Shown: positions 63,891 to 64,000 of the stretch, piece by piece | Layout of the letters: each line of letters starts with the position of its first letter | Numbering within the stretch: the first letter of the stretch is position 1 | Notes under the pieces: generated by a model | The model's input: only the letters and a program-made list of their open reading frames with translations | Told to the model about the DNA's origin: nothing | Databases searched by the model: none | Translations under genes and position numbers: made by a program | Source of the DNA: Callorhinchus milii | Taxonomy: Eukaryota | DNA: 64,000 nucleotides | Reading direction: 5' to 3' | Assembly (NCBI RefSeq): GCF_018977255.1 | Contig: NW_024704742.1 | Coordinates: 77,130,001-77,194,000 of the forward strand

Positions 63891-64000
63891 CAGAGGATGT
63901 TTATGGATTGAAACCAGTTGCCAGGAAGGATGCTGTAGGCCAGGGCACTGGACTCATTTAAAATGTAGCTTGATGCTGTGATGGGAGAATGGCATTCTGG

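Overview
Vertebrate genomic DNA, most likely a cartilaginous fish (inferred from the repeat landscape: DeuSINE-type and tRNA-head/L2-tail SINEs, L2 and CR1 LINEs). The first 22.5 kb hold the last five coding exons of the palmitoyltransferase gene ZDHHC21 on the + strand (1240-1351, 7337-7475, 9126-9242, 21646-21689, 22368-22500). These splice in frame through GT-AG sites and encode the DHHC-CRD, TTxE motif and C-terminus; the 5' exons lie upstream of the window. A long 3'UTR follows, with candidate poly(A) signals to about 27.1 kb. The remaining ~37 kb has no protein-coding gene I can support: nearly all long ORFs are decayed LINE ORF2 fragments, their antisense or shifted frames, or microsatellite translations. 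In human, NFIB lies downstream of ZDHHC21, so this is probably the NFIB upstream regulatory region (inference). Most notable non-genic signals: a decayed 28S rRNA segment embedded co-directionally in a DeuSINE; a 113-bp near-perfect inverted repeat between two 250-bp direct repeats; a SINE whose tail is complementary to its own interior; a 91-bp hairpin insertion with a 15-bp TSD; an unclassified repeat family; a palindromic MITE-like family; two CTCF motifs; and NFI/E-box-rich enhancer candidates. I see no new protein-coding system. Exon coordinates are exact; repeat boundaries are approximate unless stated.
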